A stretch of 64,000 bases of DNA, taken from NCBI RefSeq assembly GCF_000497125.1, contig NC_090597.1:1189797-1253796 (forward strand). Reading direction: 5' to 3'. The notes beneath the pieces were generated by a model. It did not search any database. It was not told where the DNA came from and saw nothing but the letters and a program-made list of their open reading frames with translations. Each line of letters starts with the position of its first letter. Position 1 is the stretch's first letter. Made by a program: the position numbers and the translations under genes. This document shows positions 13,760-26,100 of this stretch, in pieces. Source of the DNA: Spironucleus salmonicida (Eukaryota).

Positions 13760-14170
13760 ATGTAAAAGTAATCTAATTCTTTAATTATAATTTATCATGC
13801 AAATAATTCAGTTTCATTCTATCAAAGAATCTCTATTTTGCGAGTGTCGTTTTCGACTCACTGCAAATACGATCAGGTCGGCTGTCTGCCCACAAATTTG
13901 TGCGATATTGCGCATGGCTACTTCAAGGATGTACGTGTTGAAGGCTGCGTCTGCTAAACAGCAAGAATGAAGTCGCTCTCTACCAGCGGCGTATCATTCA
14001 CATGTCCGTGGGATTATTCTTTAACAATAATTATCTTAGCATGTGTTATATGCACGGTTGTGGTAACCCCATTCCTGATATCCTGGTACAATCATGTCGT
14101 ACACGTAATCACGACAAATGACCTCAACGACCTGGAAAATGCATGTGTCACGTCCCACCAGCAGGCATGA
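13760..14170 (+). CDS. Small Cys-rich single-pass membrane protein (EGF-like Cys spacing), paralog 2
   Basis: HCKYDQVGCLPTNLCDIAHG...GCVCQ...TCPWDYSLTIIILACVICTVVVTPFLISWY. The nearest in-frame ATG upstream of the Cys domain is 13760, so the start is uncertain. Confidence 0.75.
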
Positions 14171-14183
14171 GTAATAATATTAC

Positions 14184-15599
14184 TCACTTGACTCCATATC
14201 GTCCTGCAGAATTCTCAAATTATTCTCTGGCTTTCTCTATGACGTCCAGCGCGATCTCTCGATACAGTAAATATGCTTCAAATACGCTCCCGTTGTGTAA
14301 ATTTTCAGGAAAGCACTCCAAATCGCGATCGGAAAACTTTTTAGCTCTTTCTGTCTCTAGAAACTCACGGAAGCATGCAATCATTCGTTCTAAGTCTCCT
14401 TCCAAATCTGTCGAGAACAGGGTTTGCTAGACCGTCAAAACGCCATATTTTGCCCCATTACGGTTCTTTTAAGCGCCTCCAATTTGCGCAAAAAACATCG
14501 TTACAAAATCGCTCAGAAACGCGCTTCCACAAACTTGAACACAGGTGAAAGGAAGGAAGAATGCTATGTTCTCGTTGCTCAAGTTTATTGGAAAACCGAT
14601 TATTTAGGCTAGAAACTGAGTAAAGTGGCTCAAAAAATCATCAATGCTTTTACTGCTTTCCTTTTCTTTCTGTAGTCGCTAAACGCAGAAATCGATGTAG
14701 TTAAGGGCAGAATTACGAATTTTTAGAATCTCAAAAAGCTCTTTTTGGGCGTCTTCAGCTTCTTTTGGTAGCAAAATTTTGCGTGAAAACAGCACGCTCT
14801 ATTATACAAAAAATAGTGCGTTTTGATAGTTTGCAGGTGCGAAAAATAGAGCAAAATTTTTTTAAATTTCAAAAATTACTGGACGCAAAATAGAGTACTA
14901 GATAGCCTCTTAGCTAATGTGTTGCTTGAAGGAGCTCGCTGGAAGATTATCCCAAGCGGTGCGCATGGTCTAAAATATGGTTTCTAGGGCTTTTTGTGTA
15001 GTTTAGAACTTATTTTTTTGAATAAGTTTTGAAAGAAGCGGGATTGTAAAATTGGTACTAATTAATTATATTAGCTCAGGTTTGAAATTTTCTGTTAAAA
15101 TTGAAAACTATTGTAAGTTTATAGCTAATAAATCTTGATTTGCCAAAAGTGCTTAATTCAAGATTTATCTGCGGATTTAACTGGCAATTTCAACTGTTTC
15201 CGAGTCTAATACGTTCGTTAAAAGTTGCTCTCCGGAACGAATTCGTAAAGAATTCGTAATTTACAACTTAGTTAGAGTCAGTTTCTCGATTTTTTCAGAG
15301 ATTTCGGTTTTAGTGGCCGTTAAAATAGAAAGAGAATTTTCGTACTATTATGTGGCTTTGGAGATATTTGAAATTATAATATTAATCTTGTCAAACACTG
15401 CACCTAAGGTTATTGATGCGGTTTTGCATGCAATAACTGCATTTAAAGCAGTTTCTGAAGAGTTTTGAGCCTAAGGTTTGATTTATGACTAGATTAAATT
15501 TAAATGTGTTTTAAGAGCATCTAATTAATCGTTTCCTATTGACTATAAAAAGTTAGCCGGAGAGAACGTCGGAGATGATAAGTTTGATAGATTTATCAT
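14184..15599 (-). CDS. Helical hypothetical protein (471 aa), possibly a tethering-complex (CATCHR-type) subunit
   Basis: Long open frame in code 6, C-rich motif upstream, ends AAG TGA. The N-terminal FSPANFL followed by coiled coil is only weakly suggestive of the family. Confidence 0.7.
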
Positions 15600-17182
15600 T
15601 TTAGAGGAGTGATTTAATATATATAATAATTATATGAATTAAAAAATTAATGAACTGACAAAAGTGAAGAAAGTAATTAAATTATTTGTAGTAAATACTC
15701 ATTCAATTAAAAAAATTATTACATGAATCTATAATATCATTAATTTATGATTTTTTCCGATACATATAGTGGTTGGGTGCAAAGAAAAAGTACAATATAT
15801 AATTTAAAATATAGGAGGCAAAGTAAAGTTAAACTAGGCAATAGATGTTTCTAATGATGGATACTTAAATATGAAACACACCTAAACCATATCCTAAAAG
15901 CTATTAAACTTTATCCTGCCTTATCATTTACTATTTTAGAATAAGTAGTGTATATTCAAAATTCGTATGTACAAATTTTATTAATAATTTTCAGAAAACT
16001 TTAGAAATAGCACGGGTTAGTACTTATTTAGCTATAATATTTTCTCTATTTACTATAGAAAAAGATGATGGAATATTTCTAATACTGAAATAAATCTGTA
16101 TCTTTTTATTATAATTTTCATCATTATATTATGTTGACTAGATTCTTTTAATAGGACTGTCTTCTATATATTTGACATCAGAATTGAAAGATGAACGTTG
16201 GTGGTTTGAATTCACTCAAGATCTACTTTGATAATCTAAAGATATTAAAATTTCAATAACTTATAAAATTTTATGGTATTATTAGATTAACGTTAATATG
16301 AAATACCTGTAAATTCCATATTTCAAATTGTATAAGTTGGAAGATTTTACAATTTTCTGATATATTATTATATTTACTTGATATTACTGTTATTGGTTAG
16401 CAAAATATAACATATTATATTGGTGAACTTAATTGTTTTAAGCTGAATAATACTTATATTAACAAAAATTGTGGTTATAATTATTTTATAGTGTAAAAAT
16501 CATTTTAAATTTTTACTAATTTGAATGGATCCCCTAGAGTATACACATTATTATATATAATATTATCAAGATAAAGTGTCATTAGTATTTTACAATTTTA
16601 AGATAGAATTGTTATTAAAATGTTAAGTAAACTAAATTTAAATAATTAACGTAATGATTCATATTTTCTATATAAAACAGACAATCGTTTTGTATCTCTC
16701 TATTTTACAATAATTATAGTTAAAACTTAAATATAATATACGAGGAATTTGAATTACGGCACTTGTTTTGCAAACATCAAAATTATAAGATATCAATATA
16801 AGAATTATTAATGGAAAACAGTTTAATAATACATAAAAATTACTTTAGTAGATTTTGTCTTTGCTAATCTAGAATAAAGGAAATATAAAATGCTACAATT
16901 AATTACCTGTATATTAAATATCTCTATCAGATTATTTAATTAGGAATAATATGTTACTATTACAATACTGCTGACGTATTAGCCTAATATTTATTGAAAA
17001 ATATATACTCTAAATACATTAACATTGCTTATATGAATTACAAAAACAAAGTAATCCTGCATACACATTAGAAGGGTAAAACTGTACAGCATGATATTAT
17101 TATTTAACTTAAAATTATAGAATCTTATTATCATAGTTAAAGTATTAATTAAAATTTATACGAATAACTAAATTTATATTCA

Positions 17183-20100
17183 TCACTCCTGGCTTGCTAA
17201 CATTTCAGCTTGTTCTACTCCCTCGCTAACATACATATCATAAACATTCTGACCTACACTTACGCTATTTTCGTCTAAAATCATTCCGTATTCTGTACTT
17301 TCATCCATTTAAGCCTATGTACCGTCTTCCAAACCAAGTTCACACTCTTATTTAATAGGTGCAAATGCATTTTAGTTAACCTTTTTGAACTTAGTGATTG
17401 CTTAGACATTTTGCTGTGTTGGAGACATAATTCGTTACTTTCTTTACTAAGGAACAGCACTTAAGCTTGAAAAATCACTTGCCATAACATGATCATTTTC
17501 ACCTTACATGATTCTCTCTTCAAACTCCAGATCAAACTGCTCTTTCTTGCTTTAGAAAGCTGGTTCATCAAATTACACGTTAGAAATATCACTAATACCA
17601 GAGTGTTTCTTATAATTATTAATAGTATACTCTTTCACCCCAGATTATTTAAACGCCTTTGGAATATTTAATTTTGTCTGAATTTCTACAGCTTTAATAT
17701 CTGCATAAGAGATTTATGAGTTAGCCTACATTGTTTAAATTGGAGCATCATTTTCATTAGTTATTACACTTTTCCTACTAATAGTTTACTGTTATTGCAC
17801 ATTATAGTTGTCTGTTACTTCAGAAATACTCTTTTTTACTTTTTCAATTTTTGAAATATTGTATTCATCCTAGCTTTCCATTTCAATTCTCGTACTTTTC
17901 TAAATCTCCTAAATTTCAAAATTAAATGTACTCTGACTGCTCTCGTTACTTATTTCATCAATATGAATTGTGTGTATACTTTACTATTTTTTGGCCAATT
18001 ATGAATAAATTTATGAAGATGGTTCTGTTTTTGGGGCTCTTGGAATTTACAAATTTGCTATTTAAATCTCATTTTCAATTCGTTTTTGTATACCTTTTGC
18101 CTCACTTTTAGCAAACTCTTAAATTACTTCATAATTAATACTTTTTGCAAAGTTTGTAGCAATATGCACTGCATTTTATAGGTTTTCGTTTTTAATAACA
18201 GTACAAACCTACGTCTCTATTTCCTTTTCAATTTCATTTGAAATTGGTGAAATTGGTTGCTTTAAGACAGTTTCTTCAAATAAACTTGAAGTTTCACTGT
18301 CATTTTTAGTTTAATTTAGTTATTGACATCCACTGCTGTACATATTTGCTGCAAATTTACTTCTAGGAGAAGATACTTTAATCAAAATTTATTATTCTGT
18401 TTCTTCTCGTAGCTCTTGTTTAATATAATTCTACAGAATGTGTTTTAATTCTTATTATTGTATAGCATCTGTATTTTATTAGATATTTTGAGTTGGATGA
18501 AGTGGGATTGAAATAGGCATTATGTTATTTGGATTTTCTAATTTTTCATAAGTATCAATTACTTAGAATTCAGTTTCTTTAAATTTATTCTATTAAATTA
18601 TTGGGTAGCTGACGCGTTATTATTATTTAGAATGTTTTTATGTCTATTTAATTGGCGATTATGCAACTGGTGAGTTGTCAAACGAGAAATTTTCTTCTTA
18701 CAATTTTGCTATAATTTACTATACTGGTGTATTGGAAGAATGGTGACCTGTTTATTAGTAATTATTCATGAATAATTAGTCTTTGTTTTATTCAATTGCT
18801 TAATTGTAGAGTTACTAATTTTACTAGTCAAAATCGCTATCAACAATGCATTCACCTTCATAAATTAGGTCAGTATTCTCTGCTTATTAACCACTGGTAG
18901 TTTCATCGTTCAAAAACTCATTTGAAATATTATTTTATTATTGATTTTCCTCACCTTATTCAACAAAATCACTTCTAAGTTTATGTGAAGGTAAAAATTA
19001 CAGATCTTCAGAGTTGCAGTCAATTAATGGGGAACATATACTAGCTTTAGGAGAATTTAATTTTGGATGTGTGTAAATTTTCTATGATGGACTTTTGGGA
19101 GGTTCTATTATATTAAGTTCCATGAATAGTTATTATGTCTCAACGTTGTTAATGATTTCATCTTCAATAACCATTTTATTAGGCTAAATAATAGTTGTAT
19201 GTGTTGGTATTCTACTGTCAATGGAGTTCGAATGTTAAAATTCTTGTTCTTATTGCTTCAGTTCCTATAATATAGTTAACATTTATTATTCATTTGTATT
19301 TTCAGTATGACAGTTAATTTCCTATATTTCATCTTAATGATTTTACCTAAGATTTTAGTTCCATTAAGTTTTTTATTCTATATCAGTAGTTTGCTAAATT
19401 TCTTAAATTATTTTCTTTGGAGTCTAAAGTTTTCTAGATGCTTTATTCAAAGATCTATCAACTGCTTCTTCTGGAGTAATTCTTAATTACTCAGGTATGG
19501 GTTAATCTGAATGTGGAATGTTTAATTTATCTTTACTGGTTACTAATTCGTTAGACTTAGGGGAAGATTTCTTAGAGCTCATTTACGTCACTTTTTTATT
19601 ATTTTCATCTACTATTTTGTCATTAATTTCCTAATTTATCATTTACTGTTTTTCCTATATAATATTAAATTATTTACTAACCTTCTCATCTTAAAACTGT
19701 GAAAGTTAGGAAATCTATTACTCTAGATCAAATGATTTATCTAAAGAATCCACATTTTTATTTGATTGTTGATTAGTTGACTAAGTAGATCGTAATTTTT
19801 GGATTTCTTTCTAAAAATCAAAATTAACATTATTGACTGCCTGTTACTACCTTAAGATTTCAGCATTAGTTTATTCTACATGTTATTCCTTTTATTAGTG
19901 TTCTTTAACAACACGTAATTTAATGTCATCTAATCTCATACTGTGTTCTAAATCTAAAAACCTAATATTTCTATCTTCAAAGTAAATACCAGATTATGAA
20001 ATTGACTACTACATTTTTTCGCTGCGCTCTGCAGCCTTTTCAATATCCTAAATTTGTGATTCTAACTAATCTTTTTAATCTTTCCCAAAAAACTCTAGTT

Positions 20101-20383
20101 CATACTTGAATTATTTTGCTTTCATTTCTTTGTTGATATTGAGAATTTCAGTTTGTATTTCTTTAACAGATCTTTTAGGTCCATCAGGTCTTAATTATTT
20201 AGGCTCAGTGACCTGTTCTTCTTCATCCATTGGTGCAATAATAGATGTTGACTATAATACTTCACTAAGGCGAAGAGATAGTAAATCATTTTGTTCTTTA
20301 AGTTAATGACGCTTATCAAAAACTTGATGATTAAGATTTGTGACATCTTAAGCTTACTTGAAGTGAGTTTTATAGATTGACAT
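17183..20383 (-). CDS. Large Q/E/S-rich low-complexity and coiled-coil protein (1066 aa)
   Basis: ATG 20383 is in frame with GAG TGA at 17183. Composition is consistent with coding; the interior was spot-checked. Confidence 0.75.
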
Positions 20384-20997
20384 AAAAAATTCGGAATGGT
20401 ATAATATAAATGGTACTTTGTATAATATATTATATATGCTGCTAATTTTTAATAATTCTATATTATCATATGTTCATAATATGCACGTATGAAAATACAC
20501 ACCTCATTGATTAAGTTAATTTTCAGACTATTAATTCATATTAAAACTCTTCATTTTAGCTATTTATTCATCTTTTTTTAAGGTTTATAATTATTATTCT
20601 AAAAACTTTTCTCTAAAATCATTTAGTTCTAATAGCGCTATTTTAGATTTTATTTCATTCTCAAATTCAACACTAACTTACATCATAAATTCTTATCTTC
20701 CCTCTAAATGTGTTATTTTTAAAATACTGTCAGTAAAAATTTTGCGATGTTTTTTCTGCCCAAATCTATCACTTTTTCAGTGAAAATTATATTTACTCAG
20801 TTCTAGATAGGTTAAAAAACTACTACTATGATTGCCTTACTATAGGAGATATAAAAAAATCATAAATAAATTATAATGATAGTCGGATGGCATTGGAATG
20901 ACATTATTTTAATATCAAATTACATATTTAATTGAATTGTAGAACTGTTTAAAAGATATCACTTAATAATTATATGGTAATTATTATGATTTAGAAA

Positions 20998-21258
20998 ATG
21001 TTGAAACCTATGATTCCCTACTCTAGCTGTGTTAGATATATGCCTTTAGGGAGTAAGCTGTCTCCAAAAGTATCATTCAAATCTTAAGATTTTTAATATG
21101 AAAGCATTTAAATTCAAAAGAATAACTCACATAAAATCTATAATTAAGATTTGCTTAAATGGATTTCTAATCCAGAGAAATAAAGACTAATAGAGATATA
21201 ATATATAAGGCAGCTTGATATTAATTTTTCAACTTCTGATGAAGATTAAGATTTATGA
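20998..21258 (+). CDS. Small hypothetical protein (86 aa)
   Basis: Open in code 6 and convergent with the next gene (4-bp gap). No recognisable motif. Confidence 0.35.
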
Positions 21259-21262
21259 TTAA

Positions 21263-21685
21263 TCAAACAAATATTAGTATTAACACTAATACTAAGAAAA
21301 ATGAGAATATCTTAATCATCAATTATTGCTATTATTTTAAATTCTCATATTTATTTGTAATTAATGCTACTTGAAGTTCTAGATCAGATATATGAATCTA
21401 ATTTAATGAGATTTGTTTGCTTAAAAGTGTGCTAGAGGTATTAGCGCTATTAGAAGACAATGTAAATGACGGTTATTTTTTGAATAAATTATATAATTTT
21501 TATTTTTCTGACGCTGTTTCAGATATGTTATCATCCACAAATCCTAATAAAGAATTAAGATTCATTAAATTCTAATTATTCTTACTAGAGTCCTATAATT
21601 ATTTTTTATAACTCTACTTTTATGAATTTTCTAGATATGCAAGGTCAAACATTTTTAGTAATCTATCGGTGGTCTCAGTAGGCAT
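21263..21685 (-). CDS. Tail-anchored coiled-coil protein, SNARE-like topology (140 aa)
   Basis: MPTETTDRLLKMFDL..., heptad region, then terminal TM IFSFFLVLVLILIFV-stop. Confidence 0.6.
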
Positions 21686-21796
21686 TTTATTTATTGTCGA
21701 TACTTAAATATCCTTATAAAATAACTTACATATTCCAAATTCCAAAAACGTATTTCCTTATATTAATTTTTCTTATATTATGTATTCATTAAAACT

Positions 21797-21869
21797 AGCC
21801 AACGTCGGGAGTTGAACCCAAGACCTCAGCATTACAAGTGCTGCGCTCTACCAACTAAGCTACGCTGGC
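21797..21869 (-). tRNA. trnT-UGU: tRNA-Thr (anticodon UGU)
   Basis: Reverse complement GCCAGCGTAGCTTAGTTGGTAGAGCGCAGCACTTGTAATGCTGAGGTCTTGGGTTCAACTCCCGACGTTGGCT folds as a cloverleaf: CAGCA/TGCTG anticodon stem, TTC T-loop, no intron, no encoded CCA. Confidence 0.96.
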
Positions 21870-21962
21870 CATGATAATTTAATAATTAATACTCAATACC
21901 GATTAATTCCAATTAAACATATCAATTCACATATTTCCTAACACTTATTCCAAACATAAAAA

Positions 21963-22751
21963 ATGAAAAACCTATCTGCTGATTTTGATTATTTGCTCAC
22001 ACAAACATTCCGCCATCTAAAGCATCAAATTAAGAAGACACAGCTGTTTTTCTACGATCCATCGGCACCATTTGCAGTACCTGATGTCCCAAAATCGCCA
22101 ATTTTTTAACTTTAGCCCCTGCTCGACAATGCGGAGATCTCGATAATAGAATTTCAAAAAACTATCTTAGAGATAAATAACAAGCTGAACCTGTTGAAAA
22201 TCGACCAGAAGTATATAAACCACAAAACAAATTCGGTTGAACAACATTCGTAAATTCACAAAAAACAACTCTCTGAAATCGACCATTTAGCAATGTAAAA
22301 TTAGCAGCTTTTAGATCTAAAAAATGAAAATTATCGCACGAAACAGCTTTTTCCGCTGCCAAAAATCTAAAAAACTGAAGTACAACACAAGGACGTTTAG
22401 CGGCTCTAGATGCTTTTAAACGGCTTGTAAGAGTAGTTTACGAACCAAAGGATGGAAATTAACGCATTAAATGACGGGATTTTTGAGAAGCAAACGGAGC
22501 TGCAGTATCTGAAATTAGAGCTTGAGGAGCTTGAGGAGGAGGAAAGGAAGGTAGTTGTTAGGCCTGAAATCGAAAAATGCATTTAGTGTGTAGAAGTTGT
22601 TCCTCAGGAAGCTCAAACCAAGTAAATTCGGCACCCAAGTCCAACTAAATTTACACCGTTGAGCAAGAGCAAAAAGTATTTGACATTCGACTAAATCAAA
22701 AAAGAGGATATTCAGCTGGTGTAGAAGAAGATAATTTAACTGGGGATGTGA
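21963..22751 (+). CDS. Coiled-coil hypothetical protein (262 aa)
   Basis: Fully read open frame in code 6. Confidence 0.75.
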
Positions 22752-22760
22752 GTAAAAAAA

Positions 22761-23015
22761 TCACTTTTTGACAGATTTGTATATTTCTAGGTAGCAGTCA
22801 ATCTCTTATAGAAGGGAGTTAAGTGCTTGATTTACAGAAACTTGCCTAAAAGAGCGTGTCTGCAGCTTGTAACGTCTATAGTTAGTGTTGCAGAGGGTGA
22901 TGAAACTTTGTTTCTTTTTGTTAAAAAGGAGTTTTTTGGAATAATTTTAAGGTGAGATTTATGGCAGTTTATGTTTACTGATAGAGTTTTTTGTTTGTTA
23001 TATATAACAGGCCAT
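22761..23015 (-). CDS. Small basic hypothetical protein (84 aa)
   Basis: Open in code 6, ends AAG TGA, convergent with the previous gene. Confidence 0.5.
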
Positions 23016-23193
23016 AATTGTGCAGTTTTGCTGTTTATTATAAGTGGAATAAGAAGGTAAAAGCTAAGGTAAACACATTCTGAGTATATTTACTTTATTG
23101 CATATACTATAAAGTACCTACTATTTATTGAAAACAGTGACTTGTTAAGTTTAGGTATTAAATATATAAATATTAAGATAATAATTGGTCAAA

Positions 23194-26100
23194 ATGGGTT
23201 GCGGTAATAATATGAAAAAGTTTGTTCCTGAATTGGAAAAGGAGGCAAGTGAAGAATAATAGTAAGATACTACATTAAGTACACTTGATTAAGTTTAACC
23301 TCAAGCAGTATAATTAAAATCTAAACCTAAATAAATCGATGCACTATATTAATAGCGATTAAGAGATTTTAAGCGTATTTCTTATTAAAATTAAAAGTTA
23401 TACAGTTCTATAGATACAGATAAAAAATTTAAGGTTACCCCATCTGATATTAATAGATATTTTATTTCAATTAATGTAATGTTTGCACTATCATTAATAT
23501 AAAGGTTCTTAGAGTTAACTGGATTTGACTCATATGGTCCTATAGAATTTTAATTTTTAATTACCGCTATTGATTATTTCAATAAATATACTAAGTTTTT
23601 ATTAATTATTGCTGATAATTCTGCTGTACGGACACCTAGGATTAAATAGATCATACAAAAAGGACCTGGAACAATGAGTATGATAGATTAACTTTTAGAT
23701 AATAATACTACAAATTTGTAACTACTGTCTTTATCAAAAGGTTTAGAAGATAAAGCCCCAGAATTTGATGATTTAATAAAGTAATTTTCAAAATTACATG
23801 AATATCAGTAAATATAATTTATGAATATAGACATTAATGAAAATCTATATCTTAATATAGAATAGATATATGATTTTCTAGCTTAATAAGGATATAAAGG
23901 TAAAGACCATGATGTAAATATTTAATTCTATATTAAGTGTCCTACATATATTACACCATAAGATTTTTAAGGAATACTTAGCTCACCTAATTTCCCGATT
24001 AGAAATCAGTAGTCATTGGAAGTTATACCATAAATAGAGAATCTTTAAAACTTAATTTAATAATTTAATGCATTAAGTCATGAGGAATAAGTTCTTTTTA
24101 TGGAAGTTGATACACTTGACGAATTTTATGTGTTACCGATTTACGTATATAAGTATTTTATTACCAAACTTTAAAAGGACATGCATTTAAAGATAAAAAC
24201 ATTCTTCAGTTCTTTAACTTAAATTAGAGGAGATATTGATGGTTCTATAAGTAATCCTATAGGTCCGTTGGAATTTATATAGTTAGTTATTAAATTTAAT
24301 AATATTATTAATGTAGAGCTTAAAAAAGATTCACATCATTAAAAATTAGACGAATTTATCCCAGAATTTGATAGTTAAAAGGCAAAGAAATCAAACGACC
24401 TTGTGACGCTGCTCAAGGAATTTGGGAGACTGTCCGAGCAAATGCAGGAGATATTCGAAAAGATCGATCTCAACGAGGATTTCCTCCTATCACCAATTAA
24501 CCTTTTCAATTGGATGAGGCAGAACGGTCTCGAGATGAAATTAGCCGAATACAATGGCTTCATCACCAAGTAGAGCCTTAACTCCGCTGGCCAGATCCGC
24601 CCGTCGGAGTTCGCGCAGATTCTAACTAAATTTGCGAACATGATACCGAATGTAAAGCTAACATCTCAGAAGACAGCCAAGCTCCAATAGTTTGCAGACG
24701 ACTTCAGTGCCAACAAATCAAAGAAGAGCAACGACTTTGCAGTGCTGCTAAAGGAATTCGGTGCGCTTTCCCCAATGGTCTAAACAATCTTTGAAACTAT
24801 AGACGATAGGGAAGAATTCCTCATAGCCCCCCTTAGTCTGTATAACTGGATGAAGTCTAATGGTCTGAAGATGAAGCTAGGAGAGTACAACATGTACATT
24901 GACAAAAAGAACCTTAATGTAAACAACCAGATCCGTCCCAGCGAGTTCGTTGAAATTCTTTATACCTTCCAAAAAGAGCTAGTCAAAGTCAACCTTCCTC
25001 CTCTCGTTGAAGAATCAAAACTTAACGATATGGCTTTGATGATTGGTGGAGAAAGAATGCGGAAATCAAACGACCTTGCGACGCTGCTCAAGGAATTTGG
25101 GAGACTGTCCGAGCAAATGCAGGAGATATTCGAAAAGATCGATCTCAACGAGGATTTCCTCCTATCACCAATTAACCTTTTCAATTGGATGAGGCAGAAC
25201 GGTCTCGAGATGAAATTAGCCGAATACAATGGCTTCATCACCAAGTAGAGCCTTAACTCCGCTGGCCAGATCCGCCCGTCGGAGTTCGCGCAGATTCTAA
25301 CTAAATTTGCGAACATGATACCGAATGTAAAGCTAACATCTCAGAAGACAGCCAAGCTCCAATAGTTTGCAGACGACTTCAGTGCCAACAAATCAAAGAA
25401 GAGCAACGACTTTGCAGTGCTGCTAAAGGAATTCGGTGCGCTTTCCCCAATGGTCTAAACAATCTTTGAAACTATAGACGATAGGGAAGAATTCCTCATA
25501 GCCCCCCTTAGTCTGTATAACTGGATGAAGTCTAATGGTCTGAAGATGAAGCTAGGAGAGTACAACATGTACATTGACAAAAAGAACCTTAATGTAAACA
25601 ACCAGATCCGTCCCAGCGAGTTCGTTGAAATTCTTTATACCTTCCAAAAAGAGCTAGTCAAAGTCAACCTTCCTCCTCTCGTTGAAGAATCAAAACTTAA
25701 CGATATGGCTTTGATGATTGGTGGAGAAAGAATGCGGAAATCAAACGACCTTGCGACGCTGCTCAAGGAATTTGGGAGACTGTCCGAGCAAATGCAGGAG
25801 ATATTCGAAAAGATCGATCTCAACGAGGATTTCCTCCTATCACCAATTAACCTTTTCAATTGGATGAGGCAGAACGGTCTCGAGATGAAATTAACCGAAT
25901 ACAATGGCTTCATCACCAAGTAGAGCCTTAACTCCGCTGGCCAGATCCGCCCGTCGGAGTTCGCGCAGATTCTAACTAAATTTGCGAACATGATACCGAA
26001 TGTAAAGCTAACATCTCAGAAGACAGCCAAGCTCCAATAGTTTGCAGACGACTTCAGTGCCAACAAATCAAAGAAGAGCAACGACTTTGCAGTGCTGCTA

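Noticed and set aside
15620-17170. AT-rich stretch with short minus-strand frames, including one crossing a TGA near 16216 (selenocysteine readthrough?)
   Set aside because: No CxxU-type motif or SECIS visible, and the TGAGTGA context looks like an ordinary gene end. Left unannotated.
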